A stretch of DNA of 64,000 nucleotides from NCBI RefSeq assembly GCF_006345805.1, contig NC_042997.1, positions 73,594,001 to 73,658,000 of the forward strand. The letters run 5' to 3'. Below, piece by piece: positions 24,140 through 36,356 of this stretch; position 1 is the first letter of the stretch, and every line of letters starts with the position of its first letter. The translations under genes and the position numbers were made by a program. The DNA comes from Octopus sinensis. Its lineage: Eukaryota. The notes beneath the pieces are model-generated. The model was not told the origin of the DNA and did not search any database. It saw only the letters and a list, made by a program, of their open reading frames with translations.

Positions 24140-24983
24140 GATAGGGCTGGACACAGAGGGGACAATTACAAATGTAGAGCTTTTCTTTTCGGAGATGGAA
24201 AAGGGAAAAGAAGAAAAAAAGGAAACAAATATAAAATTTCGATCGAAAGGGATCAGAAGAAAAAAAAGCGATCAAAAGGGATCGTGTATCACAGAAAGAA
24301 ATTTTTTTTTCAAAGTAACAAACAAGATTAAGGTTCATCCGTAGAAAGAAAGGCCTACAGAAAAGACCACGATAATCTTAGGCAGGGAGGAAATAAACAC
24401 ATGAGAGCAAAGTGCTCTCTCTCTCTTTTACGATTTACAGGATCATGCTCAAAGTGGTTTCGTCACTCGCACGCACCATCTTTGTTACATTCACCCACTT
24501 TTTTTTAAAACTTTCACGAGACAAAACCTGCCTCTCCATTCTCACCTTCCTTTTCAAGTGGTGCTTGAAAAAGTTGATGAGTGATTGGCCAGAGAGGTAA
24601 GTGTTTGTCTCTAATCCTTTCGCTCGAGTCCACAACACACATTCTTTCACCATAGCCACAAGTGCGATGAAGACTACCTTGCCTTCCCGGTTGAAGGAAG
24701 GGGGTGGTGCAATTACCACGATAGATTCGGCGGACAGGCGGACTCGTCCCACATGTGACAGCAGCCGCTCGGCATGAGCCGACAGGTTCGAAATGGATGG
24801 ACACTGCACGAGTGCGTGCAGAACGGTTTCGTCACTCTAACCGCATCTCAGGCAAGTCGGTCCAGTGTGTCTCGAACCGTGCCAGTAGAGCTTATCCCAA
24901 ACAGGTAATGCTTCTCGATAGCACTGCCAGGCCTGGGATCTTTGGTGATTGTCCATAGGTCCCGACCCAAAAGTTGTCCTGAT
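24140..24983 (-). mobile_element. Tx1-type LINE copy B2, 3' fragment
   Basis: ORF 24435..24809(-) matches the ORF2 C-terminus (…DETTLSMIL). The 3'UTR is like that of B1 but lacks the terminal AATAAA segment. Confidence 0.88.
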
Positions 24984-24984
24984 C

Positions 24985-25146
24985 GGAAGAAAAGAAAGCG
25001 ATCAAAAGCGATCGTATATCATAGAAAGAAAAAAAAAATTTTTTTCAAGGTAACAAAACAAGATTAGGTTAATCTGTGGAAAGAAAAGCCCACAGAAAAG
25101 CCCACAGAAAAGACCACGGCAACCTCAGGCAGGGAGGAAATAAACA

Positions 25147-25218
<72 letters not shown>

Positions 25219-25330
25219 GATTTACAGGATCATGCTCAAATTGGTTTCGTCACTCGCACGCACCATCTTTGCTACATTCACCCACCTTTTTTTGAAACTT
25301 TCTCGAGACAAAACCAGCCTTTCCATTCTT
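24985..25330 (-). mobile_element. Tx1-type LINE copy B3, tiny 3' fragment with internal (CT)n expansion
   Basis: 3'UTR plus the last ~40 codons (…DETNLSMIL), (CT)n at 25149-25212, then (GATA)n at 25331-25471. Confidence 0.8.
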
Positions 25331-25389
<59 letters not shown>

Positions 25390-25398
25390 TAGATAGAT

Positions 25399-25471
<73 letters not shown>

Positions 25472-25473
<2 letters not shown>

Positions 25474-28400
25474 TGTTTCTTTATTACCCACACAGGTCTG
25501 CACACAGACGGGACAGATTACAAAGTAGAGCTTTTCTTTTGTGGGGGAGAGAAAAAATATAAAGGTGGGGTAGAATTTCGATCAAAAGGGATCGTAAAAG
25601 GGAAAGCAAAAAAAAGGAAGAGAAACAAAAAAAAACACGATCAATACGGATCGTGAATCACAGTGTCATGATGTAAGGTGTAAAGGGGAAGAAGATAAGG
25701 TTTATCCGTGGGAAGAAAAGCCTACGGAAAAGACCACGGTAACCTCGGTCAATGAAGTCACATGTTGTATTTTGTTACAAATAAGTAACTCTCTGTACTA
25801 AATTTTTACGATTCATAGGATCATACTCAAGGTGGCTTCGTCATTCATACGTGCCATCTTTGCTACATTCACCCATTTTTTTAAAAACATTCACTAGACA
25901 AAACTTGCCTCTCTACTCTACTCTCACTTTCCTTTTCAAGTGATACTTGAAGAAGTTGATGAGAGATTGACCAGAGAGGAAAGTGTTTGTCTCCAATCCT
26001 TTCAGACGCGCCCACCAGATACATTCTGTCGCCATAGCCACAAGGATGAGGAAAATAGCTCTTCCTTTCCGTTTGAAGGAAGGAGGCGTGACAATATTGA
26101 CGATAGACTCGGCTGATAAACTGACTCGTCCCACACGTGACAGCAGTTGTTCGACATAAGCCCACAGGTCGGAAATTGTTGGACACTGCACGAGTGCGTG
26201 CAGAACCGTTTAGTCGCTCTGACCGCATCTCGGGCAGGTCGGCCTCATGTTTCTCAAGCTGTGTCTGTAGAGCTTATCCTGAACGGGTAGCGCTTCTCGG
26301 TAGCACTGCTAGGCCAGGGATCTCTGGAAGTTGTCCATGGGCCCTGGCCCGAAAGTCGTCCTGAACAGGCGGGTCAGGTATTCCTCGTCGACGTCCAGGT
26401 TCGCCACAAGCTCGTCGTCGTACCTCCCCTCCACTAATACCCTATAGAATGCTTTGGTTGTGTTGAAGTCACTCAAGGTCCACCCGGGACGACATAGTTG
26501 CTTGAGAGCAATGCTACACTCGCGGTGCCATTCGCCCTTTCTCGGCCTCTTTTTGATCCACGACTGCAGTTCGGTCATGGATACGAGTTGCGGGAAAGCG
26601 TGCCTCACAAACGGCGACCACACCTGTTCACCGTCGTCTATGTAGAGCCGGAGATATCGCAGTCTCAGCGCGTGTCTGCGCATCATCAACCACGGCATGC
26701 CCAGTCCTCCTTTTAATGGGTGTTGACAGCAAATGGATCACCTGACCATCGGGACGCATCCTTTCCAGAAGAAGCTGGAGAGAATGCGTTCTAGTTTAGT
26801 GATGTTAGGATCGGGACAAGGTACGACGGCCAGGTGGTAGTAGATGACGGACGCGATGTACGAGTTCGCCACCTCCGCCCGACCTTTTAGGGACAGTTTC
26901 CTCTGGCCCATTGCCTGGTGACAGTGACCACTCTACTCGTTATTTCGTTCCAGTTCTTCTCCATTTGAAGGTCCGGACCAAACCAAACCCCGAGAAACTC
27001 GACCGGACCGTCGGTCCAGCGGTCCACGACGGAGGCGCTGGTGTACGGCATGGGCTTGCTTCTCCAGGTGCCGAGTCGCAAACCCACTGATTTTTCCCGG
27101 TTGATTTTCGCTCCTGTCACCGCTTCGTAGTCTTTCAGTGTCTCGCCGACCTGCTCGATGTGCTCGTGTCCAGACACTATGACGGTGACGTCCGCGTATG
27201 CAGACACACTCTTCCCGCTTCCCAATTCTCGCGGGATGCCCCTCAGAGTTGCCAGCTTCCGCAATAATGGCTCGAGAGTTAATACGTAGAGAAGCGACGT
27301 GAGGGGGCATCCCTGACGGACCGAACGTGCAATGTCGAAAGGTCTCGATAGATGTCCATTTACGCGAATTACCAAACGGGTGCCTCTGTACAAAGCGGCT
27401 ATCCAGCCGCGGAAGACGGGACCGAAACCAGCGGCTCTGAGGACAGCCTCCAAATATTGATGGTCTACCCTATCGAAAGCTTTCGATTGATCCAAATTGA
27501 TCAGCGCCCCACCCACGCCAGGTTCCTTAACTACCCTGTCTATGATGTAGCGCATCAGGTGGAGGTTGTTATGGATGCTCCGGCCCGGCACAGCGCACGT
27601 TTGCGCCTTGTCGACCAATTTCTCGATAACACGCGCCAACTTCTCGGCTCACACTTTGGCCAAAATTTTCAAGTCTGCATTAAGCAGAGTGATGGGCCTA
27701 AAGTTGTCTATTACATTCCCCTTGTTTAGATCTTTCTTCAGCAGTGTTACGGCTCCTCAGCTCACAAAACCAGGAATGCTCCCGTTTTGCTGCCAGTTGC
27801 AGTACACCGCCGCCAAGACGTCTCCAAACAAGTCTGCCATACAATTGTAAAGCTCGTAGGGTAGACCATCCAAACCCGGCGATTTGTCCCTCGAGCATGC
27901 TGCCATCGCGTCCTGCACTTCCGCCGCCGTGATGGCACCTTCGCAGCGCCCTGCCTCTCTTGTCGAGAGTCGTGGTAGGCTGTGTAGGTAGGCATTGAAG
28001 TCCACTTTACGTTCTTGCCCGCCACTCGTCCCGAACAGTCAGGCAAAATGTTGTTGAAAGGCCTCACACATTTTACTTGGCTCGAGCAATTCGCGCCCCC
28101 TTTCATCTACCAGAGACCGAATGGTGGCTTTGTTGCCCTGCTGCGCCTTCGCCACCCGGGCGTCTCTCGCAGCTCCAACACCTTCGTTCCTTAGAGCACG
28201 CATCCTAGCTCTGACAACACACCCTTCGTGTTTGGCGTGTTGGTCGAGGCACAACCTCGCCGCCAAAACGTCGGATGCGATGCCGCTTCTAATTGCCTCT
28301 TCTAGCTTCTTAACTAGCTCACCCTCTATTCTGTTTCCATCTATGGCTAGTGCTTTACTGTACCTAATCGCTTCTGCTTTTACTGCTCTCTTGAGAGCAA

Positions 28401-31400
28401 ACCACCATTTGTTGTTGATGATGGCTCCCGTCAAAGCCCTCTTTACTAGTGTGCTAATCCGGTCTCGGAAAACCTGTCGATGGGAAAGACGCTTTTAGTT
28501 TCCAGTATAATGGACCCTGCCTATGTGTCTTACCTAAGTCTAGCGTACATGTCACAAGTTTGTGATCCGTGTAGCTGACTATGTGGAATTGTGGACATCC
28601 TACGCTATCTCTATCTACTGTCCTACACAGTATCCTATCTAGATACGATCTCGACGACCCACTGCGGTTGCTCCATGTCTACGTTGGCGCATTCGGGTGG
28701 TCTAGTCTGTCCCTGTCAGACAGTTGAAAGCGTCTGAGCAGGTCTCTGAGGCATTTGCATCCCCGTATATTCCTATCTCTGCCCACGTAGTCTACATGCG
28801 TGTCCAATGTAGCATTCCAATCCCCCACTAAGAGTAAAGAACGAGACGTTCCCAAGAATACTTCTAGACGTTGAAAGAAATCTGGTCGGCCTGTTAAGGG
28901 CGGTACGTAGACTGATACGAGTCGAAAAGCGCACCCATTGCTGCCGTCGACATCCAGGACGACCAGTCTACCCTCCGGGTCTACGAATGTTGTCTTTACT
29001 TAGAGATCCAGACTCTTGCGTGAAAGTACCGCGGTGCCACTACCGCCCATTCTTGGCAGACAGAGGGGAAAATAAATGTTGAACTGTCCGCCAAACATGG
29101 TCTTTAGGGCCCGCGGATTGTGGAGTCTGGTCTCACTTATGGCTATGATTTCTAACTTTAAGAGGTACCCTTGTTTCCAAGGGGACCCCAAGCCACGCGC
29201 ATTTACACAACCAATCTTGATCATAATCCTAGTGAATTAGAATACAAGCGAAAGGAACAGAGGGTTACTTACTGCTCGAAAGTTTTGCTTTCTTCTCCTT
29301 TGATTTGTCCTCGAGGAGATCCCAGTAAAGTTTCTTTGTGAGGTATTTTTGGCATTTACCAACTGCACTGGGGAAAATGCCTTTTAGTGTGTGGTGCAGA
29401 CTTCTGGAGATATGTAATATTTTGATGTGATCCGGTGGTGTGGTGCATGTGTGATTGTTTGTTTTTATGTCATCTTCAGTTATGTTTGTTTTTGATTTGA
29501 TGTATTTCATCAAATTTGTGTTTTTGGTGTCTATAGCCGTGAGCATGTTTGCTGTATATATTTTTGTGGTGTTGGTGTGGCCGTTGTTTGTGGTGGGTTT
29601 CGAAATGTCTTCGAGAGATGTATTTCCCCCTGCTTTGTTTGTGGTTGTGTTTCTGCTCTTTTTCCCCTCCTTTTCTAGCTACTTGCCAATCCTCGCTGGT
29701 TTCGTCTTCCGACGAATTTTCTGAGGAATCAGAAGAGGGTAGGGGTATGTTGTAGGCTTCTATGTATGTCTGTGTAAGTGGTTGTGTTGTTGTTTTCGTT
29801 ACTGTTGGTTGTTGAGTGTTTGTGTGGTGAGTGCTGTATAGGGGATGGGGAATCAGCTTTTGTATATTTTTTTGTTTTCTGTTCCTTTGGTCCTTGCTGT
29901 TGTTGGTGGTGTTGGTATTTCCTCAGGTGTTTTCTCAGGTGTTGTATAATTTTTGGTTGTTGATGGATTAGCTTGGTGTGCTTCTCTTGTCGTCTTCTGT
30001 GTTGATGGGGGTGTGGGTAGTAGTGCTTTTTTCTCAGAGTGTTTTGGTTGTGGTAGTGATTGTTGTTGTTGCTCTTGTTGTGGAGTGGTTGGACACCTTT
30101 TTCAAATGTGCTTCGCTTCCGCACAAATAGCAACGTTGTCGTCTGCCCTCTACCACTACATAGAGTTTGTAGCCTTCTGGCAGTTCTATAGTGGTGGGTA
30201 TCTTTTCTCTTGTTGTTTCATCCAATTGAAGGAGGAACTGGATTGATTTTCCCACCCAGTCTTTCTGTTCAAGAACAGCGATTTCAAGAATGTTTGTCAC
30301 TGCCATTTCAAAGCAGATGACAGAGACTAACCATTGTATTTCGACTTCAGGTGGTACACTTTTTATTTGGATTTTCGTCACCCTCTGGCCTCTATAAGTT
30401 GGTATCATTACCAAGTCGTCTGAATGCAGCTCCAATGTGGAAAATCGTTTTGCTATATTTTCGTTGAGGAAACGTACTTGGACTGTGCCAAATTTATTTC
30501 CCTAACTAATATACTCCTTTGAATCCCATGCAGGACGAAGGCATTTTTCAATTTTTTCCTGTGGTGCATTTTCTAGTCGTCTTGTTTTCTTGTTGATGAC
30601 TTTATAGATTATTGTTTTTTTGTGTGTTTTCCACGGTGTGTTATGGAATGTGAAGATGCAGTTTTATCTCTTTCTTTGGTGAAGAGTGCTTTTGTGAGGT
30701 TTATTTCCTGTGTAGTGAATTTTACGATTGTCCATTTTTGTTTTGTCGCATCCGCGAAATTCGTTTTAATTTTGGCGGTGTTTGCAGCAGAAGAGTTAGT
30801 TGTAGCAGTTGCAGTCGTGGTAGTGGTGTTGGTGTTGGCGGTGTTGTCTTCGGTAGGCGGCTTTGTGCTGATTTCGTTGTTGTTGTTGTTGGTAGTGATG
30901 GTGGTGGTGCTGGCATTCATGTTTGCGTCTGTATTCGTTTTTGAAATCCCTTTCTCCGTCCTTCTTTCATCGACAAGTGGTGTAGGGAGTGGGGGAAAAT
31001 CTAAGTTAATGTCTTTGGTGGCGGCGATGGTGAATGGTTTTGCGACGTTAGTTTTGTTGTTGTTGGTGGTGGTGGTGACAGCGGGGTTCAAGCTGCGAGG
31101 TTTAGCAGCTAATGGCAGCAATAGTGTTTCGCTATCGTTCCGCATGACTGGTGGGCTAGCCACGTGGTTTTTAGTTGCTATTTTCAAAATGAAAAATGGC
31201 TAAAAAGAACCTACGAAAGTTTTGAAAATTTTTGGTAATTTCGCCCATACAGGGGCGGAATTCTACGTGAATAAATCTCAGGTTTTTAGTGAATGAACTT
31301 GCACAACGATTAAGAACAAAATATTTGACAACAAAGAGTTTTAAACATGTAAAAGTGGCCAACTTACGCGGAGCCCATTTGACTAGCGTCCGTCCATGTC
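25472..31400 (-). mobile_element. Tx1-type LINE copy A4, approximately full length (A-related subfamily)
   Basis: ORF2 starts MIKIGCVNARGLG (29224) and runs to ~25812 with RT motifs (DQSKAFDRVDH, QGCPL, YAD-V). ORF1 at ~29260-31187 has LDFPPLPT and CYLCGSEAHLKK. The 5' end reads GGACG; (GATA)n lies on both sides (25331-25471, 31416-31489). Confidence 0.93.
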
Positions 31401-31415
31401 GAGGCGAGAGATATG

Positions 31416-31489
<74 letters not shown>
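31416..31489. repeat. (GATA)n tract flanking the outermost 5' end of the Tx1 stack
   Basis: Direct reading. Confidence 0.95.
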
Positions 31490-31558
31490 CCTGTTGATGA
31501 AGACTTCGTCTAGCAAATTATTTTATTTGCTAAAAAAAGTCAGAAGCCAAGGTCCTGG
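31490..31558 (+). ncRNA. Decayed type-I hammerhead-like motif
   Basis: cctg-TTGATGA-AGACT..TAGCAAAT[tatttt]ATTTGCTA..AGTC-a-GAAGC-caag-GTC-ctgg. All three stems are traceable, but the core has C3U and A15.1G. Confidence 0.4.
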
Positions 31559-32071
31559 AAATACATGGTAAATGTTTTTATTTTTCATTCCCTTCGAGAA
31601 TTTATCCCTAATTAGTGGTTTGGACTTTAGCTATTCTTTCTAACGTAAGAGATTCCTATGATGGAAACCTCTTAATGTGTTTAAATGTGCACTGTATTTT
31701 ATATAGATAGATAGATGGATGGATGGATGGATAGATTCAAATGATAAGAAGTAGACAAAGTAGAAGTAGAATTCGCCTTGAATGGTCCTTTTACATACTG
31801 AACACTTGGTGAAATTGATTAATTAATTAATTTTACCCTCAATTGTTGATATTATAATTCATTTCTCTCGGTCATACTGCCTCGGTTCTCGCGGTTAAAA
31901 TATAATGTTTGCTAGATAGACCACGTGGGTGGAATGGGGAGTGCAGGATTTTACGCCTTCGCATTTTGAATTTGTTGACACTGTTTAGTTGGAGTGGTTC
32001 ATCTGAAGCGACAAGTACGCTGATAGGTAAAGTTCCTTCTTTTTAGTGTTTCCAAATCCAAATTAAGAAAT

Positions 32072-32134
32072 TTTGAGCTGACGAAAGAAATGCTGATTTT
32101 ATTTGGCTAATCTTGAAACGTTGACGTACTCAAA
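32072..32134 (+). ncRNA. Type-I hammerhead ribozyme, unit 1 (predicted cleavage after 32128)
   Basis: UUUGAG-CUGACGA-AAGA[aau GCUGA uuuuau UUGGC uaa]UCUU-GAAAC-G[uuga]C-GUA-CUCAAA. The core is fully canonical, stem I is 6 bp, stem II is extended, stem III is short, and the triplet is GUA. Confidence 0.88.
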
Positions 32135-32637
32135 CGATCTATGTACTTGTGATATTTTTCTGTATTTACCCCCAAACCTTCGTGAGCTGTCTGGAGTAAA
32201 CATTATCTGAGAGAATTTTTTCTTTAAGTAGTAGAAATACTAAGAAAAATTTTTTTTGGCTGCTATTTCTACTAAGTTCAGTATGTGGCAAAGTAATTTA
32301 TTTTACTAAGCCCTAATTATATAATGTAATATTTTGAATTCGCCTTGAATGGTCCTTTTACATACTGAACACTTGGTGAAATTGATTAATTAATTAATTT
32401 TACCCTCAATTGTTGATATTATAATTCATTTCTCTCGGTCATACTGCCTCGGTTCTCGCGGTTAAAATATAATGTTTGCTAGATAGACCACGTGGGTGGA
32501 ATGGGGAGTGCAGGATTTTACGCCTTCGCATTTTGAATTGTTGACACTGTTTAGTTGGAGTGGTTCATCTGAAGCGACAAGTACGCTGATAGGTAAAGTT
32601 CCTTCTTTTTAGTGTTTCCAAATCCAAATTAAGAAAT

Positions 32638-32700
32638 TTTGAGCTGACGAAAGAAATGCTGATTTTATTTGGCTAATCTTGAAACGTTGACGTACTCAAA
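32638..32700 (+). ncRNA. Type-I hammerhead ribozyme, unit 2 (predicted cleavage after 32694)
   Basis: Identical to unit 1 and exactly 566 nt downstream. Confidence 0.88.
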
Positions 32701-33742
32701 CGATCTATGTACTTGTGATATTTTTCTGTATTTACCCCCAAACCTTCGTGAGCTGTCTGGAGTAAACATTATCTGAGAGAATTTTTTCTTAAGTAGTAGA
32801 AATACTAAGAAAAATTTTTTTGGCTGCTATTTCTACTAAGTTCAGTATGTGGCAAAGTAATTTATTTTACTAAGCCCTAATTATATAATGTAATATTTTG
32901 AATTCGCCTTGAATGGTCCTTTTACATACTGAACACTTGGTGAAAGTGATTAATTAATTAATTTTACCCTCAATTGTTGATATATATATATATATATATC
33001 AATTGCTACCACAGTATTTCGTTTTACAACCATAATGTATTCTTAAAAGTTTATAAGTCAATATTGTGTTGTACTTTTGTGGTAGCAGTGCGATATTCTC
33101 ACTTTTAAGTTTATACCATAGATTTTCTATTGAGTTTACGTCGTTTTGTATACGGATATATCTATGAAAGTAATGCGTGCGCAGGCACCCTCTGTCTCTC
33201 TCTCACACACACACGCACACAAACTTATATAATGTGAGAGGGTGTGACTGATCGCTTTATAGCATGTTTGCCACCGAGATAAAACAGTTGCGAACAATTT
33301 ACATATGCAAGATCTTTTTCTGTTGCCAGTACACCGCTCCATTGACATCTTGAAAGAAATGATACATACACTCAAGCTGCATTGTAATATCTAGGTAATT
33401 ATTTTATTGACATGCGACCTGGACTTATCTTTTTCAGAGATTCGAGTAGTTCCACTCGACAACACAGAGAGGCAGAAATATTGTAAAACTTATACTAAGT
33501 ATTGTAAAACATTTTTTTCCTGTGATTTTGGTCGGATACTTGAAGTTGGTATATCTCAGAGTTGAATATTCTATTGATTTCACCTACTGAATGGCGTTGT
33601 TTGACTGGAAATTTATACACGATATATAGATCAATTTGCAATCAATCAATAGACATCCAAAGTTTTCTAAAAAAGGAAATTATAATAGTAGTTGTAGTAG
33701 TTCTGAAACTTGCACATTTTTTTCTTCTAATGTATTTTATTG

Positions 33743-34010
33743 TCAGATTTTTCAAATCTTCTGAGATGAAAGTCAATATTTCGGTCCATTACTAGTATTT
33801 CTTTTCTTCGTTTCTCACCAAAGATATCAAATACATCACATTATCGAAAATCTCCTGCTCTCGGGGAAATCATCACCGCAGATTCTACTATTATTTCAAT
33901 TAAATTATCTAGGCATAAAATCGGGACAGCAAACAAAATGAGAAACAATCTGGGTCACGCAACAAAACAGATGTAGGCCGAAACGATATCAAAACAAAGT
34001 CCATCTCGCC
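33743..34010 (+). repeat. ~270-bp direct repeat, copy 1 (copy 2 at 35898-36171)
   Basis: tcag..ttttcaaatcttctgagatgaaagtcaatattt…ccatctcgcc present twice, roughly 90% identical by eye. Confidence 0.9.
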
Positions 34011-34799
34011 CACTTGATAACTCACTCCCACATGTTTAAATAATTTCACTCAAAACACAATGGTAAAGAACGATCTAGTTTGCTCCTACCTCGGTTTGGA
34101 CATCACGTTGATTGATTTTTTTTTTCCTTGCAGAAATTGTACTCAAGAACCTCTACTAGTAAACTAAAAGGAAGTAACATTATTAATGTTTCATTCACTT
34201 CATTAAAAACGCGAACTTTACAGCTTATCTCAACTCAATCAAAAAATTGATCTTTGAAGTCAATGCAGTAACAATGGATATAGAATTATCCATAGTGATA
34301 ACATGAAATTATACAACTGTTTATAAAATACTTAATTTTAAAAGACTGACATTAACAAAATCTGAAGTTTAAATTTATTAATGCTAACGTAACTACGAAA
34401 GAGAAAGTACTTGAAGGACAAAGCAACAGTAATAACAACAGAAAAGAAGTAGAACTCACACTGAAAAAACAATAAATAGAAAGAAGTATACGAAGTTCTC
34501 GTCAGCATCTTTCTATATAGTTTTTCGAACCTACAAAACATTTCTTAGTAACAATCGAGCTACGCCAAAAATTACATTCCACTATCTTGGGAAGGAAAAG
34601 TGATACTTGATAATGTGATAGTGCAACAAGAGGCACCCCCATCTCCACCAGCGGTATCATCATGGATGGAATATATCAAAATAAAGGTTTGCTGGATCAG
34701 GGCTAAACAACAGCAGAAAACACAGAAAAAAAGTAAAGATCAAGTGCGTATTTTCGATAGTTCTTACATAAAATCCACACTAACATACAAGCCAAAACA

Positions 34800-34922
34800 C
34801 ACACACCTACACATACACACACACACATACACAAACACACCTACACATACTCACACACAAACACACATGCGCGCGCGCACACACACACACACACGCACAC
34901 GAACATACACACACACGCAAAC

Positions 34923-34955
<33 letters not shown>

Positions 34956-34956
34956 A

Positions 34957-35017
<61 letters not shown>

Positions 35018-35022
35018 ATATA
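34800..35022. repeat. (CA)n followed by (TA)n microsatellite
   Basis: Direct reading. Confidence 0.95.
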
Positions 35023-35872
35023 CAGGGTGCGGTGAATAAACTGTCATCTAAATTGCGCAAAAAGGATAACACTGACATCTCATTTCGACAGATATATTTA
35101 CCAAAATTACCTAAAATTATCTTGAAATACTAATTTCTTTCGGTGAAATCAGCACTGGCTTCAGCCACACCCTCCAGACGTCTTCGAAATTTCTTGCAAC
35201 TCTTCTGGACGGTCTACATCTTTAAGTTGGTGAATGCAACCATAATCCTTGCCTTCATCTTGCTATTACAAGGAGTTTCATTGGTCTCTCGCTCAACTGC
35301 GCCCCACACATAATCATCAAGTGGGTTGGAATCTAGTGAGTTAGGTGACCATATGTTAGGGGTCATGTGGTCGCAGAAATTGTCTGACAGTTGACTGGGC
35401 TCTCCTGCTTGTGTGACATGGTGCAGAATCCTGCTGTCAGACATAGGGTCTTCCAGCAGCCAACCTCTTGACCCAGGGTAGCACTACCTCTTCCAGGCAC
35501 TTGGTGTAGGCTTCTCTGTTGAGTCAGAAGCCATGTGGGAAGATGAATGAAGGTATAACGTCGCCATCACAATTGATCACTCCAAATAATACGATGTTGA
35601 CTAGATGTTTGATTTTTATCACTCTCGGTACATGTCCTCAGATCGACGCCCCAACACTCTGAAATGTTCGTATTGGAGCATCTGGCCCAAATGCTAAGCA
35701 GTACAGCATGTCGTTTCCAAATTTCTGGCAGAGTGAATTGCGTCAAGGTGCTGTTTTTTTCTCACAGATGGTGCCCAACTGACCCTGTGGAGTCGACAAA
35801 ATATAAAATAAAACAATGAGCATGCGCGAAATTAAAACTATAAAATGGTAACAATTTACTCATCACTCTTTG
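35023..35872 (-). mobile_element. Internally deleted Tc1/mariner-superfamily (maT/DD37D-like) transposon remnant
   Basis: Remnant NIWSPNSLDSNPLDDYVWGAVERETN (WPPxSPDLNPLDY). TA-flanked diverged TIRs: cagggtgcggtgaataaactgtcatc versus ggtaacaatttactcatcactctttg. Confidence 0.8.
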
Positions 35873-35897
35873 TATGTGTCTAAATATATATATATTA

Positions 35898-36171
35898 TCA
35901 GAGTTTTCAAATCTTCTGAGATGAAAGTCAATATTTCAAGCCATTACTAGTATTTCTTTTCCTGGTTTCTCACCAAAGATATCAAATACATCACATTATC
36001 GAAATTCTCCTGCTCTCAGCGAAATCATCACCGCATATTCTACTATTATTTCAATTAAATTATCTAGGCATAAAAATATAATCGGGACAGCAAACAAAAT
36101 GAGAAGCAAACAGGGTCATGTAACAAAACAGATGCAGGCCGAAACGATATTAAAACAAAATCCATCTCGCC
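35898..36171 (+). repeat. ~270-bp direct repeat, copy 2
   Basis: Matches 33743-34010. Confidence 0.9.
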
Positions 36172-36356
36172 ACCATGATCGACTGCTAGCCACTAAAGCT
36201 TTTTTTTAATTCTCACTCTGTTTATTTTCTCGTCCCGAGCGTTAAACTAATACACCTCTTTGTTTTTTTTATATACCTGTCTTTGTGTGTTGTTCTTTTT
36301 TTGTAAATTCCAACTAAATATATATACATATGTATATATATATATATATTCCATCC

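Larger units (their letters stand above)
31769..32980 (+). repeat. Non-coding ~566-bp tandem repeat, ~2.15 units, each full unit carrying a hammerhead ribozyme
   Basis: Unit starts gaattcgccttgaatgg at 31769, 32336 and 32900. Units differ, by eye, only by homopolymer indels. The ORF track lists no ORF here. Confidence 0.95.

Noticed and set aside
10200-31489. CRISPR-like or LTR-like interpretation of repeat-spacer alternation
   Set aside because: The repeats are simple microsatellites and the 'spacers' are kb-long LINE copies. There are no cas genes, LTRs or integrase.
31769-31777. gaattcgcc shared between the tandem-repeat start and the Tx1 5'UTR motif
   Set aside because: It is only 9 nt, on opposite strands, and likely coincidental.
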